Below, in pieces: positions 18,036-27,168 of a stretch of DNA of 34,103 nt (positions are counted from its first letter, which is position 1; each line of letters opens with the position of its first letter). Made by a program: the position numbers and the translations under genes. The DNA lies in UHGV virus genome UHGV-0238489; one strand, written 5' to 3'. Origin of the DNA: a virus. The notes beneath the pieces were generated by a model. That model saw nothing but the letters and a program-made list of their open reading frames with translations. It searched no databases and was not told the DNA's origin.

Positions 18036-19853
18036 ATGGCGAATGGAATAAAGTTTAAAATGAATTTTATAAATAAAATGCTTAGATCGACTACTATAGA
18101 CTTTAAGAGAAAAACCTTTTATCTAGATTTTCTATTTCTTTTTGTTTGTGTTTGGACGCTTATCTCTTCTGGTTCTGAAGTTCAATATTATCTTTTTAAA
18201 TTTATTGGTAGTGATAGTTCCACCCTTTACGGCAGCGTCTTTGAAGATGCTATAGCCCGGATGCCTACATTTAATCAATATATAAAGGGTGCTTACACAG
18301 TCTCTGGTAATTTCGGTTTTATTGCTGCGCTGCTTATAGTCGCTGTGTCTTTGTTTTATCAGAGTGCGATACAGGTGTTTATCGTTTGTGTTATTAGTTC
18401 AGTGTTTGGATTGACGATAACAGATATTGTTATGTTCGTTTTTAACGATACTCTAACTACGCAATCAGTTACTGAAAGCATAATTGCGAATACATTGGGT
18501 TCGCCTATAATTGCAAGTTTCGTTGTTTTCCTGTTTTGTATAAAAAAGATTCTCTTTGGGGCTGTTAATGTTAATTTAGCTTTTCGCTTTGTTATGAGTT
18601 ATATAGTTTATGTTTTATTGTGTTCTTTAATATTATTGATTACTTACTACGTTGTATGTTTTTTCTACAGACCAACAGCTGTAAATTTTTCTGTATCAAC
18701 TTCAGAAGATTTTTCAGGGGATTATTTTATTACGCAAAAAGATAAGGCCTCGAAAAAAGACGACCCTGAGAAACAAAAACGCTTTTCATTGTTAGGTTCT
18801 CCCGTTGAAATAAATGAGTCTGTACGTGTTTATGGAGACATTAAAACTATAAGGTCAAAAACACATGAAAATGAAACCTTTAATTTAAAAATACTACCAT
18901 TACTTAATTGCATAGATGGCAGTTCAGTTAACGCTGCATCATCTAGATCTTTAACGTATAGCAATGTGAAAAATTTATCCATTAAATCGTCCGAGCTCAT
19001 CTCAATACTACTTATAAATGACAAGGTTGGTCATGTTAAAAGTAGTGACGAGCTTGTAAATATGTTTTCTGTTAAAAAGAATGACAGAAATGGATTTGAT
19101 GTTACAAAAATTAATGATGGTGCTTTTAGTTATTATCCATCCGAGTCTAACGCCGGGTTCTATATGGCTACGCCAGTGTCGGAATTTACAGGGGATCAAG
19201 CCAAGAAGATTGTCCAATATACATTGGATATTGATGGCGCTGAAAAAACAATTAGCGTTGAAGTTGAAAGGCTACGTTCAATAAATAAAGATAAGAAAAT
19301 GCACTGCGAAGTTGCATCTTTCAGAGATTCTGACGGTGATATTAACATAAAGGCTGATGAATCTGTATATCTTGGTCTTCTTGTTAAGATGGAATCAGAA
19401 GAGGAGAAGGAATTCTACTCACTTTTTAATGAAGATAATAGCAAAATTGTAGTGGATGGAAATTTACTATATGTCCAGGCTCAAAAAGTTCCGAAAGAAG
19501 ATTTGCTTGGGAAGTATTTTGTTAAAGGTTATCTGGATGGATTTATTCTCCATTCATTTGATAAATTATCATTAGATGGGAGAAATGTAGAGTCTAATAA
19601 GATGGATAACCTGATGGTCATGGGTGATGATATATATGCAAGTGTATCTGATGGGACTAACTTGGTAATAAGCGGTAGGGCTGATCTTTTTTATAAAAAT
19701 AGGCTACGGCAAAATAAAACATTATGGGAGTCGTCAAGTGATAATACGCTAATACTTGGCGGGCTTGGTGGATTGCTGGTTTCATTATTGTTGTGGGGAA
19801 GTAATAAAATTTTTACAACTCTACGTAAAAATGAAGTTATTAATATGTTTTAA
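18036..19853 (+). CDS. polytopic membrane protein of unknown function, 605 aa; cargo gene in an AT-rich island between S and V
   Basis: About five N-terminal TM helices, a roughly 350-aa hydrophilic domain and a C-terminal TM (LILGGLGGLLVSLLLWG). Strongly AT-rich codon usage unlike flanking phage genes. I recognise no catalytic motif. Confidence 0.6.
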   Translation: MANGIKFKMNFINKMLRSTTIDFKRKTFYLDFLFLFVCVWTLISSGSEVQYYLFKFIGSDSSTLYGSVFEDAIARMPTFNQYIKGAYTVSGNFGFIAALLIVAVSLFYQSAIQVFIVCVISSVFGLTITDIVMFVFNDTLTTQSVTESIIANTLGSPIIASFVVFLFCIKKILFGAVNVNLAFRFVMSYIVYVLLCSLILLITYYVVCFFYRPTAVNFSVSTSEDFSGDYFITQKDKASKKDDPEKQKRFSLLGSPVEINESVRVYGDIKTIRSKTHENETFNLKILPLLNCIDGSSVNAASSRSLTYSNVKNLSIKSSELISILLINDKVGHVKSSDELVNMFSVKKNDRNGFDVTKINDGAFSYYPSESNAGFYMATPVSEFTGDQAKKIVQYTLDIDGAEKTISVEVERLRSINKDKKMHCEVASFRDSDGDINIKADESVYLGLLVKMESEEEKEFYSLFNEDNSKIVVDGNLLYVQAQKVPKEDLLGKYFVKGYLDGFILHSFDKLSLDGRNVESNKMDNLMVMGDDIYASVSDGTNLVISGRADLFYKNRLRQNKTLWESSSDNTLILGGLGGLLVSLLLWGSNKIFTTLRKNEVINMF

Positions 19854-19864
19854 GTTTTTTGAAA

Positions 19865-19885
19865 GGGCGGGTAATACCGCCATTT
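19865..19885 (+). terminator. hairpin gggcgg-gtaata-ccgcc followed by a weak T-tract, downstream of the membrane-protein ORF
   Basis: Stem-loop directly after the stop at 19853. Confidence 0.35.
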
Positions 19886-20014
19886 CATATGGGTTGTACG
19901 GTTTTGTTTAATTGTAATTGCATCTTGCTCTCTAGTTAACATATTGCAAATCATTATTGTCTTAGATGTTTATATTAAACTGTATTCAAATTTCTATTAA
20001 TTATTTTTGTTTTC

Positions 20015-20045
20015 AGGTTGTGCAGTCCCCCACAAAACCCCGCTC
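20015..20045 (+). promoter_or_regulatory. candidate Ogr-dependent late promoter for V (partial dyad gttgtg-N9-cacaaa)
   Basis: Imperfect TGT...ACA dyad about 50 bp upstream of the V start, resembling P2 late-promoter activator sites. Confidence 0.35.
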
Positions 20046-20082
20046 GATTGCCGCTGTCCCTGCCCGGCGGCATCCTTCCCGC

Positions 20083-20724
20083 ATGAACAATTTAACTTCT
20101 CTGCAGGAAATCGCTCGGGCGATCCGCAATCTCATCCGCACCGGCATTGTGACCGACGTCGACTCAGACGAGGGGCTTTGTCGTGTCCAGACCGGTGGGA
20201 TGCAAACCACGTGGCTTAACTGGCTGACCTGTCGCGCCGGTCGCTCACGGGTGTGGTGGGCTCCTTCCGTTGGTGAGCAGGTGCTCATTCTTGCCATTGG
20301 TGGCGAGCTCGACACTGCCTTTGTGCTGCCCGGAATTTTCTCTGATGACCATCCTGCGCCGTCAGCCTCGCCTGATGCGCTTCACGTCGCTTTTCCTGAC
20401 GGTGCTGTTATCGAGTACGAACCCGAAAGCGGATCGCTCACCGTATCCGGTATCAAAACCGCCGACGTTACCGCGTCGGATTCCATCACCGCCACCGTGC
20501 CGCTGGTACTGGTCAAGGCATCGACCCGCATCACCCTCGATACACCCGAGGTGGTGTGTACCAACAAGCTGACCACCGGCACGCTCGAAGTGAAAAAAGG
20601 CGGGAAGATGTCGGGGAACATCGATCACACCGGCGGGAAATTTACCTCGAACGGCGTGCAGGTCGATGACCACGACCACGGCGGTGTGGAGCAGGGCGGA
20701 AACTGGACGAAGGGGGTCAAATGA
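20083..20724 (+). CDS. V: baseplate spike / assembly protein V-like, 213 aa from MNNLTSL
   Basis: ORF 19966-20724. The internal ATG at 20083 gives 213 aa (P2 V is about 211 aa). The C-terminus is histidine/glycine-rich. Confidence 0.8.
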   Translation: MNNLTSLQEIARAIRNLIRTGIVTDVDSDEGLCRVQTGGMQTTWLNWLTCRAGRSRVWWAPSVGEQVLILAIGGELDTAFVLPGIFSDDHPAPSASPDALHVAFPDGAVIEYEPESGSLTVSGIKTADVTASDSITATVPLVLVKASTRITLDTPEVVCTNKLTTGTLEVKKGGKMSGNIDHTGGKFTSNGVQVDDHDHGGVEQGGNWTKGVK

Positions 20725-21071
20725 CGGTGCGTTATCTGGGAATGAATAGCCACACCGGCCTCAGTATTTCTGAGGTTGAGCACATCAGGCAAAGCGTGCG
20801 CGACATTCTGGTCACGCCGGTGGGCTCGCGGATCATGCGTCGTGAATATGGCTCGCTACTGTCTGCACTGATTGACCAGCCGCAGACCCCGGCGCTGCGT
20901 CTGCAGATTATGGCCGCGTGCTACTCCGCGATCCAGAAGTGGGAGCCGCGCGTCAGTTTATCGACCATCACCTTTGAACGCGGAGAGGATGACGGCGCGA
21001 TGTACGTCGATATGACCGGCACGCGTTCGGCATCAGGCCAGCCTTTTTCTGTCACCCTTCCACTGAGTTAA
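20721..21071 (+). CDS. W: baseplate wedge protein W-like (GP25 lysozyme-like fold), 116 aa
   Basis: Overlaps the V stop. Size matches P2 W. Confidence 0.8.
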   Translation: MTVRYLGMNSHTGLSISEVEHIRQSVRDILVTPVGSRIMRREYGSLLSALIDQPQTPALRLQIMAACYSAIQKWEPRVSLSTITFERGEDDGAMYVDMTGTRSASGQPFSVTLPLS

Positions 21072-21076
21072 ACGTT

Positions 21077-21985
21077 ATGGCTATTGTTGACCTGAGCCAG
21101 CTCGCCGCACCTGATGTTGTGGAAGAGCTGGACTATGAAACCATCCTGACAGAGCGAAAGGCGACGCTTGTCTCGCTGTATCCCGAAGAGCAACAGGACG
21201 CAGTCGCGCGCACGCTGACGCTTGAGTCTGAGCCGATTGTGAAGCTGCTGCAGGAAAATGCTTACCGGGAGGTTATCTGGCGTCAGCGTGTCAATGAGTC
21301 GGCACGGGCGGTGATGCTGGCTTACGCAGCCGGTCATGACCTCGATAACCTCGGCGCAAATTACAACGTTGAGCGTCTTGTTATTACGCCTGCTGATGAT
21401 ACGACGCTGCCGCCGACACCTGCCGTGATGGAGTCGGACACCGATTATCGCCTGCGTATTCAACAGGCTTTTGAGGGAATGAGTGTGGCCGGGTCGACCG
21501 GTGCGTATCAGTTTCATGGCCGCAGCGCTGACGGACGGGTCGCCGATATTTCGGTTATCAGCCCGCAGCCCGCCTGCGTGACCGTGTCGGTACTGTCCCG
21601 GGAGAATAACGGCGCGGCGTCCGGGGAACTGCTCGCTGTGGTGCGTAATGCGCTGAACGGTGAGGATGTGAGGCCGGTCGCTGACCGTGTGACCGTGCAG
21701 TCGGCGGTCATTGTCGACTACACCATCGAGGCCGCGCTTTATCTCTATCCCGGCCCCGAAAGCGAGCCGGTGCTCAGTGCGGCAAAAGCGAAGCTACAGA
21801 CCTATATCAACGCGCAGCACCGGCTCGGGCGTGACATCCGCAAGTCTGCCATCTATGCCGCGCTTCACGTCGAGGGCGTGCAGCGTGTCGAACTTGTCGC
21901 GCCGGTCGCTGACATCGTACTCAATGAGACGCAGGCGTCATATTGCACCGAGTACAGCGTAAAGATCGGGGGCAACGATGAGTGA
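21077..21985 (+). CDS. J: baseplate protein J-like, 302 aa
   Basis: Same length as P2 J. Follows W. Confidence 0.8.
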   Translation: MAIVDLSQLAAPDVVEELDYETILTERKATLVSLYPEEQQDAVARTLTLESEPIVKLLQENAYREVIWRQRVNESARAVMLAYAAGHDLDNLGANYNVERLVITPADDTTLPPTPAVMESDTDYRLRIQQAFEGMSVAGSTGAYQFHGRSADGRVADISVISPQPACVTVSVLSRENNGAASGELLAVVRNALNGEDVRPVADRVTVQSAVIVDYTIEAALYLYPGPESEPVLSAAKAKLQTYINAQHRLGRDIRKSAIYAALHVEGVQRVELVAPVADIVLNETQASYCTEYSVKIGGNDE

Positions 21986-22508
21986 TACCCGTCTGCTGCC
22001 GGTGGGTTCGTCGCCGCTTGAGGTGGCGGCGGCGCGCGCCTGCGCGGATATCGAAAATACCCCCGTCCCGCTGCGTCGCCTCTGGAACCCTGACAACTGC
22101 CCCGCAAACCTGCTGCCGTGGCTTGCCTGGGCGTTTTCGGTTGACCGCTGGGATGAGAGCTGGCCGGAAGAAACCAAACGCGAGGTTATCCGCAGCGCGT
22201 GGTTTATCCATGCGCACAAAGGAACGATTGGCGCGGTGCGTCGTGTGGTCGAGCCGCTTGGGTATCTGATTAACGTGACGGAATGGTGGGAGACGAACGA
22301 CCCGCCGGGGACGTTTCGCCTTGATATCGGCGTGCTGGAGACCGGCATCACTGAAGAAATGTATTACGAAATGGAAAGGCTGATTGCCGATGCAAAGCCA
22401 GCCAGTCGCCATATTATTGGCCTAAATATTATTCAGGACATACCGGGTTATCTCTTCACCGGAGCCCTGACCTATGACGGCGACATCATCACGGTTTACC
22501 CCGGATAA
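21978..22508 (+). CDS. I: baseplate / tail protein I-like, 176 aa
   Basis: Same length as P2 I. Overlaps the J stop. Confidence 0.8.
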   Translation: MSDTRLLPVGSSPLEVAAARACADIENTPVPLRRLWNPDNCPANLLPWLAWAFSVDRWDESWPEETKREVIRSAWFIHAHKGTIGAVRRVVEPLGYLINVTEWWETNDPPGTFRLDIGVLETGITEEMYYEMERLIADAKPASRHIIGLNIIQDIPGYLFTGALTYDGDIITVYPG

Positions 22509-22519
22509 GTGAGAACAGA

Positions 22520-24205
22520 ATGACAGTGAAATATAAAACCGTTATCACCAAAGCCGGTGCGGAAAAACTGGCGGCGGCGACGCTCCCGAACGGGAAGAAA
22601 GTCAATTTTGCGGCGATGGCCGTCGGGGATGGTGGCGGAAAACTGCCCGAGCCGGACGCCAGCCAGACAAAACTCGTCAATGAGGTCTGGCGTCATGCGT
22701 TGAACAAAATCAGCCTGGACAAAAAACATAAAAATTATGTCGTGGCGGAGCTGGTGATCCCCCCGGAGACCGGCGGTTTCTGGCTGCGTGAAATGGGGCT
22801 TTACGATGACACCGGCACGCTGATTGCGGTCGGCAATATGGCCGAAAGTTATAAGCCCGAACTGGCGGAAGGGTCAGGCCGCGCACAGACGCTGCGCATG
22901 GTGATCATGGTGAGCGATATCGACACTGTCGAGCTGTCCATAGATACGACACTGGTGATGGCGACGCAGGATTATGTCGACGATAAACTCGCAGAGCATG
23001 AGCAGTCCCGTCGCCATCCTGACGCCACGCTGAAAGAAAAAGGGTTCACGCAGTTAAGCAGTGCGACCGACAGCACGTCTGAGGCGCTCGCCGCGACACC
23101 GAAAGCGGTTAAGGCGGCGTATGACCTTGCAAAAGGTAAATACTCGGCTCAGGACGCGACCACGGCGCAGAAAGGGATTGTTCAGCTCAGCAGCGCCATC
23201 GACAGCGTGTCTGAGACGCTCGCCGCAACGCCAAAAGCGGTGAAAGCGGCGAATGATAATGCTGATGGCCGCGTTCCTTCCTCGCGCAAAATTAACGGAC
23301 ACTCCCTGAATGCTGACACCAGTGTCACCTCGCAGGATATTTTCGACGACCAGGCTATTGGGCTGGTAACGGAGGATTTAGACACCCTTAAAACGCCGGG
23401 TATTTACTTTCAGCCAGCGAATTCTAATACCTCAGCCGCCAGACATTACCCTGAAAATAACGCCGGGACGCTGGTCATTTATAAAAATGCCGGAGTGACT
23501 CAGGTATACCGGGTTTATAACAGCTCCCGGAGCTACTCGCGCAGCCAGTATTCAACAGGCGCATGGACACCGTGGACGCCTGATGATGTTTTTCCGGTAG
23601 GCGCTCCCGTTGCGTGGCCGTCTGACAGTGTTCCTGCTGGCTATGCCGTCATGCAGGGACAAACTTTTGATAAAGTCGCGTATCCGCTGCTTGCTGTGGT
23701 GTACCCATCGGGTGTTATTCCTGATATGCGGGGCTGGACAATCAAAGGTAAACCCGCAAGTGGGCGCGCTATTTTGTCTCAGGAGCAGGACGGCATTAAA
23801 TCGCACGCCCACGGTGCCAGCGCATCGAGCACCGATTTAGGGACGAAAACCACCAGTGCTTTTGACCACGGAACGAAAACTACCACGACCTTTGACTACG
23901 GGACAAAAACCACTAATGCAACCGGCAACCATGCGCACACTTTTACCGTACACCGGGGAGATCAGGCCGGGGGACAGGCCGCCGACGGTAACGAAATAGC
24001 GACGGGAACGAAAACAACATCAACTGCAGGTAATCACGCGCATACCGTGGCGATTGGTGCCCACAATCATAATGTCGGGATTGGCGCACACTCGCACTCC
24101 GTTGCTATTGGCGCACACGGTCACACCATTACGATCGCCGCGTCGGGTAATGCAGAAAACACCATCAAAAACATCGCATTTAACTATATCGTGAGACTCG
24201 CATAA
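22520..24205 (+). CDS. H: tail fibre protein H-like, 561 aa, with internal repeats and C-terminal HxH repeats
   Basis: Conserved N-terminal region ([21 protein letters not shown]...) typical of P2-family H. Tandem [20 protein letters not shown] motif. C-terminal GNHAHT / IGAHxH repeats. Confidence 0.8.
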   Translation: MTVKYKTVITKAGAEKLAAATLPNGKKVNFAAMAVGDGGGKLPEPDASQTKLVNEVWRHALNKISLDKKHKNYVVAELVIPPETGGFWLREMGLYDDTGTLIAVGNMAESYKPELAEGSGRAQTLRMVIMVSDIDTVELSIDTTLVMATQDYVDDKLAEHEQSRRHPDATLKEKGFTQLSSATDSTSEALAATPKAVKAAYDLAKGKYSAQDATTAQKGIVQLSSAIDSVSETLAATPKAVKAANDNADGRVPSSRKINGHSLNADTSVTSQDIFDDQAIGLVTEDLDTLKTPGIYFQPANSNTSAARHYPENNAGTLVIYKNAGVTQVYRVYNSSRSYSRSQYSTGAWTPWTPDDVFPVGAPVAWPSDSVPAGYAVMQGQTFDKVAYPLLAVVYPSGVIPDMRGWTIKGKPASGRAILSQEQDGIKSHAHGASASSTDLGTKTTSAFDHGTKTTTTFDYGTKTTNATGNHAHTFTVHRGDQAGGQAADGNEIATGTKTTSTAGNHAHTVAIGAHNHNVGIGAHSHSVAIGAHGHTITIAASGNAENTIKNIAFNYIVRLA

Positions 24206-24783
24206 TGACGTTTAAAATGACCGGAGAAAGCCGGACTATCACTGTGTATAACTTTCGTGCAGACACCTGTGAATTTATTGGAAAAGGTGACGCCCTGATA
24301 CCGGCATTTACCGGATTGCCCGCCTGCTGCACCAGTGAAAAGCCCCCGGAAACCCGAGACGGATTTATTCCGGTTTATGACACTGAAAATGGTTGCTGGG
24401 CTATCACTGAAGACCACCGGGGTGAGGTTGTCTATGACACCGAAACAGGTCATGAGAGGGAGATAACCGAGCCGGGTCAGTATCCGGCAGGAACAACACC
24501 GGTTGTGCCGGAAAACCCGTGGCAGAAATGGGATGGTAAAACATGGGTTGATGATGCTGATGCTGCACGTAATGCATTGACAGAGGCTGCGAAAAACAAC
24601 AAAAACAGGCTTCTTAAACAGGCCAATACTGCGGTTGCGACATTACAGGACTCCGTTGATCTGGAGATGGCAACCGACGATGAAAAAACGCACCTCATTG
24701 CATGGAAAAAATACCGTGTTTTACTGAGCCGCATCCAGCCGGAGGATGCTCCGGATATTGAATGGCCGCCGCTGCCAGTCTGA
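24205..24783 (+). CDS. G: tail fibre assembly chaperone G-like, 192 aa
   Basis: The start overlaps the H stop. Size and position match P2 G. Confidence 0.7.
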   Translation: MTFKMTGESRTITVYNFRADTCEFIGKGDALIPAFTGLPACCTSEKPPETRDGFIPVYDTENGCWAITEDHRGEVVYDTETGHEREITEPGQYPAGTTPVVPENPWQKWDGKTWVDDADAARNALTEAAKNNKNRLLKQANTAVATLQDSVDLEMATDDEKTHLIAWKKYRVLLSRIQPEDAPDIEWPPLPV

Positions 24784-24790
24784 TCCGACA

Positions 24791-24816
24791 TCTGGCGGGC
24801 AGTTGCCCGCCTTTTC
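24791..24816 (+). terminator. intrinsic terminator after G (ggcgggca-gt-tgcccgcc then tttt)
   Basis: Perfect 8-bp GC-rich stem followed by a T-run. Confidence 0.6.
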
Positions 24817-24918
24817 CTTTCCCGTCGTTGTGTCAGACCTTAGCCAACCCTGACAAATAGCCCGCACCCGCCACACAACAGAAAATATCACTCACCCCTT
24901 AACCACGGAGTTAAACGG

Positions 24919-26112
24919 ATGAGTGACTATCATCACGGCGTGCAGGTCATCGAGATTAACGATGGCGTGCGCACCATTTCCACCGTTTCGACGGCCATCA
25001 TCGGCATGGTCTGCACGGCCAGCGATGCTGACGAAAAAACATTTCCCCTCAATGAGCCGGTGCTCATTACGAACGTGCAGAGCGCTATCGGTAAGGCCGG
25101 TAAACAGGGCACGCTGTCGGCGTCCCTGCAGGCTATCGCTGACCAGTGCAAGCCGGTCATCGTGGCCGTGCGTGTGGCCGAAGGTATTGAAGATCCGGAG
25201 AACCCCGAGGCGGCGCACAAACAGACCATTTCTAATATCATCGGCACCACCGACGAAAACGGCAAATATACCGGGCTGAAAGCCCTGCTGACGGCGAAAA
25301 CCGTCACCGGCGTTAAGCCACGGATTCTCGGCGTGCCGGGGCTGGATTCACAGGAGGTGGCGACCGCACTCGCGTCCACCTGTCAGAGCCTGCGCGCCTT
25401 TGGCTATGTCAGCGCATGGGGCTGTAAAACCATTTCCGAGGCCATCGACTACCGCGAGAATTTCAGCCAGCGTGAGCTGATGGTCATCTTCCCTGATTTT
25501 CTGACATGGGACACCACGGCGAACGCGACCGCGACAGCCTGGGCGACGGCGCGCGCGCTCGGCCTGCGTGCCAAAATCGACCAGACGGTCGGCTGGCATA
25601 AAACCCTGTCTAACGTTGGTGTTAACGGTGTGACCGGCGTCAGTGCCTCAGTATCGTGGGATTTGCAGGAACCGGCGACCGACGCCAACCTGCTGAATCA
25701 GGCCGGTGTCACCACGCTTATCCGCAATGATGGTTTCAAGTTTTGGGGAAACCGTACCTGCTCGGATGATCCGCTTTTCCTGTTTGAGAACTACACCCGC
25801 ACCGCGCAGGTACTGGCCGACACGATGGCGGAGGCGCACGCGTGGGCGATGGATAAACCCATTACCCCGACCCTCATTCGCGACATCGTTTCCGGTATCA
25901 ATGCCAAATTCCGCGAGCTGAAAACCAGTGGTTATATCGTTGACGGCTTCTGCTGGTACGACCCGGAGTCGAACGACACCGCGACCCTGAAAGTGGGGAA
26001 ACTGTATATCGATTACGACTATACCCCCGTCCCGCCGCTGGAAAACCTGACCCTGCGCCAGCGCATCACCGATACCTACCTGGCGAACCTGTCGGACTCG
26101 GTCAACAGCTAA
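24919..26112 (+). CDS. FI: contractile tail sheath protein (P2 FI-like), 397 aa
   Basis: Size matches P2 FI (about 396 aa). Precedes the tube gene. Confidence 0.9.
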   Translation: MSDYHHGVQVIEINDGVRTISTVSTAIIGMVCTASDADEKTFPLNEPVLITNVQSAIGKAGKQGTLSASLQAIADQCKPVIVAVRVAEGIEDPENPEAAHKQTISNIIGTTDENGKYTGLKALLTAKTVTGVKPRILGVPGLDSQEVATALASTCQSLRAFGYVSAWGCKTISEAIDYRENFSQRELMVIFPDFLTWDTTANATATAWATARALGLRAKIDQTVGWHKTLSNVGVNGVTGVSASVSWDLQEPATDANLLNQAGVTTLIRNDGFKFWGNRTCSDDPLFLFENYTRTAQVLADTMAEAHAWAMDKPITPTLIRDIVSGINAKFRELKTSGYIVDGFCWYDPESNDTATLKVGKLYIDYDYTPVPPLENLTLRQRITDTYLANLSDSVNS

Positions 26113-26124
26113 GGAGCTCTGAGC

Positions 26125-26643
26125 ATGGCGTTACCCCGCAAACTGAAATACCTGAATATGTTCAACGATGGCCTCAGCTATATGGGCGTTGTTGAATCCG
26201 TCACCCTGCCAAAACTGACCCGCAAGCTGGAGAAATATCGCGGCGGCGGGATGCCGGGGGCGGTGTCGGTTGACCTTGGCCTCGATGACGATGCGCTGTC
26301 GCTTGAGTGGACGCTCGGCGGTCTGCCTGACATTGAATTGTGGGCGCAGTACGCCTCACCGGGTGCTGACAGCGTGCCGCTGCGTTTTACCGGCTCTTAT
26401 CAGCGTGACGACACCGGCGCGATTTCTGCCGTCGAGGTGGTGATGCGTGGCCGTCATAAAGAATACGACGGCGGTGAAAACAAGCAGGGCGAAAGCGGTA
26501 CAACCAAAATGGCGACCGAGTGCGCCTATTACCAGCTCACGATCGACGGCAAAGAAGTCATCGAGATTGACGTGATCAACATGGTGCTGAAAGTCGACGG
26601 TGTCGACCGTATGGCAGAGCACCGCAAGGCGATTGGCCTGTAA
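26125..26643 (+). CDS. FII: tail tube protein (P2 FII-like), 172 aa
   Basis: Same length as P2 FII. Follows the sheath gene. Confidence 0.9.
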   Translation: MALPRKLKYLNMFNDGLSYMGVVESVTLPKLTRKLEKYRGGGMPGAVSVDLGLDDDALSLEWTLGGLPDIELWAQYASPGADSVPLRFTGSYQRDDTGAISAVEVVMRGRHKEYDGGENKQGESGTTKMATECAYYQLTIDGKEVIEIDVINMVLKVDGVDRMAEHRKAIGL

Positions 26644-26697
26644 TCCTTCAACCGGTCAGTGAGGCTGGCCGGTCATTTACCCTGATGAGAAATTCGC

Positions 26698-27012
26698 ATG
26701 AAAAATATCAATGAGACTGCTGTTGCTGACACTGAGCACGTCAATCCGAATGTCGTTATTTTTGACACCCCGCTGATGCGCGGTGAGCAGAAAATTGAGC
26801 AGGTCACCTTAACCAAACCGAATGCGGGAACCCTGCGCGGGGTGTCGCTGGCGTCGCTGGCAAATTCCGACGTTGATGCGCTGATTAAGGTGCTGCCGCG
26901 CATGACATATCCGGCACTGACCGAGCACGAGCTCGCGCGTCTGGATGCGTCAGACCTGATTTCACTGGCCGGTAAGGTGGTCGGTTTTTTGTCACCAGCT
27001 TCGGGTCGCTGA
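26698..27012 (+). CDS. E: tail assembly chaperone E-like (zero-frame product)
   Basis: Small acidic ORF upstream of the tape measure gene. Contains the slippery heptamer ttttttg near its 3' end. Confidence 0.75.
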   Translation: MKNINETAVADTEHVNPNVVIFDTPLMRGEQKIEQVTLTKPNAGTLRGVSLASLANSDVDALIKVLPRMTYPALTEHELARLDASDLISLAGKVVGFLSPASGR

Positions 27013-27168
27013 CCTTCCCGGAAAAACTGTCGGTCGATGACCTGATGGCGGATATTGCGGTGATCTTCCACTGGCCGCCATCAGAGCTAAATTCCCTGAG
27101 TGTGACCGAGCTCCTGACATGGCGCGATAAGGCGCTGCAACGAAGCGGAAGCCATCATGAGCAATAAC
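26698..27168 (+). CDS. E': E+E' -1 frameshift product of the tail assembly chaperone
   Basis: Slippery site g-tttttt-g at 26984-26991. The -1 frame continues ...TFPEKLSVDDLMADIAVIFHWPPSELNSLSVTELLTWRDKALQRSGSHHEQ to TAA at 27166-27168, overlapping the T start. This mirrors the known P2 E/E' arrangement. Confidence 0.65.

Noticed and set aside
19008-19284. Small ORFs (18830-19024 and 19008-19217 on minus, 19081-19284 on plus) within the membrane-protein gene
   Set aside because: They are overlapping or antisense in AT-rich DNA where the long 605-aa frame is clearly the coding one.
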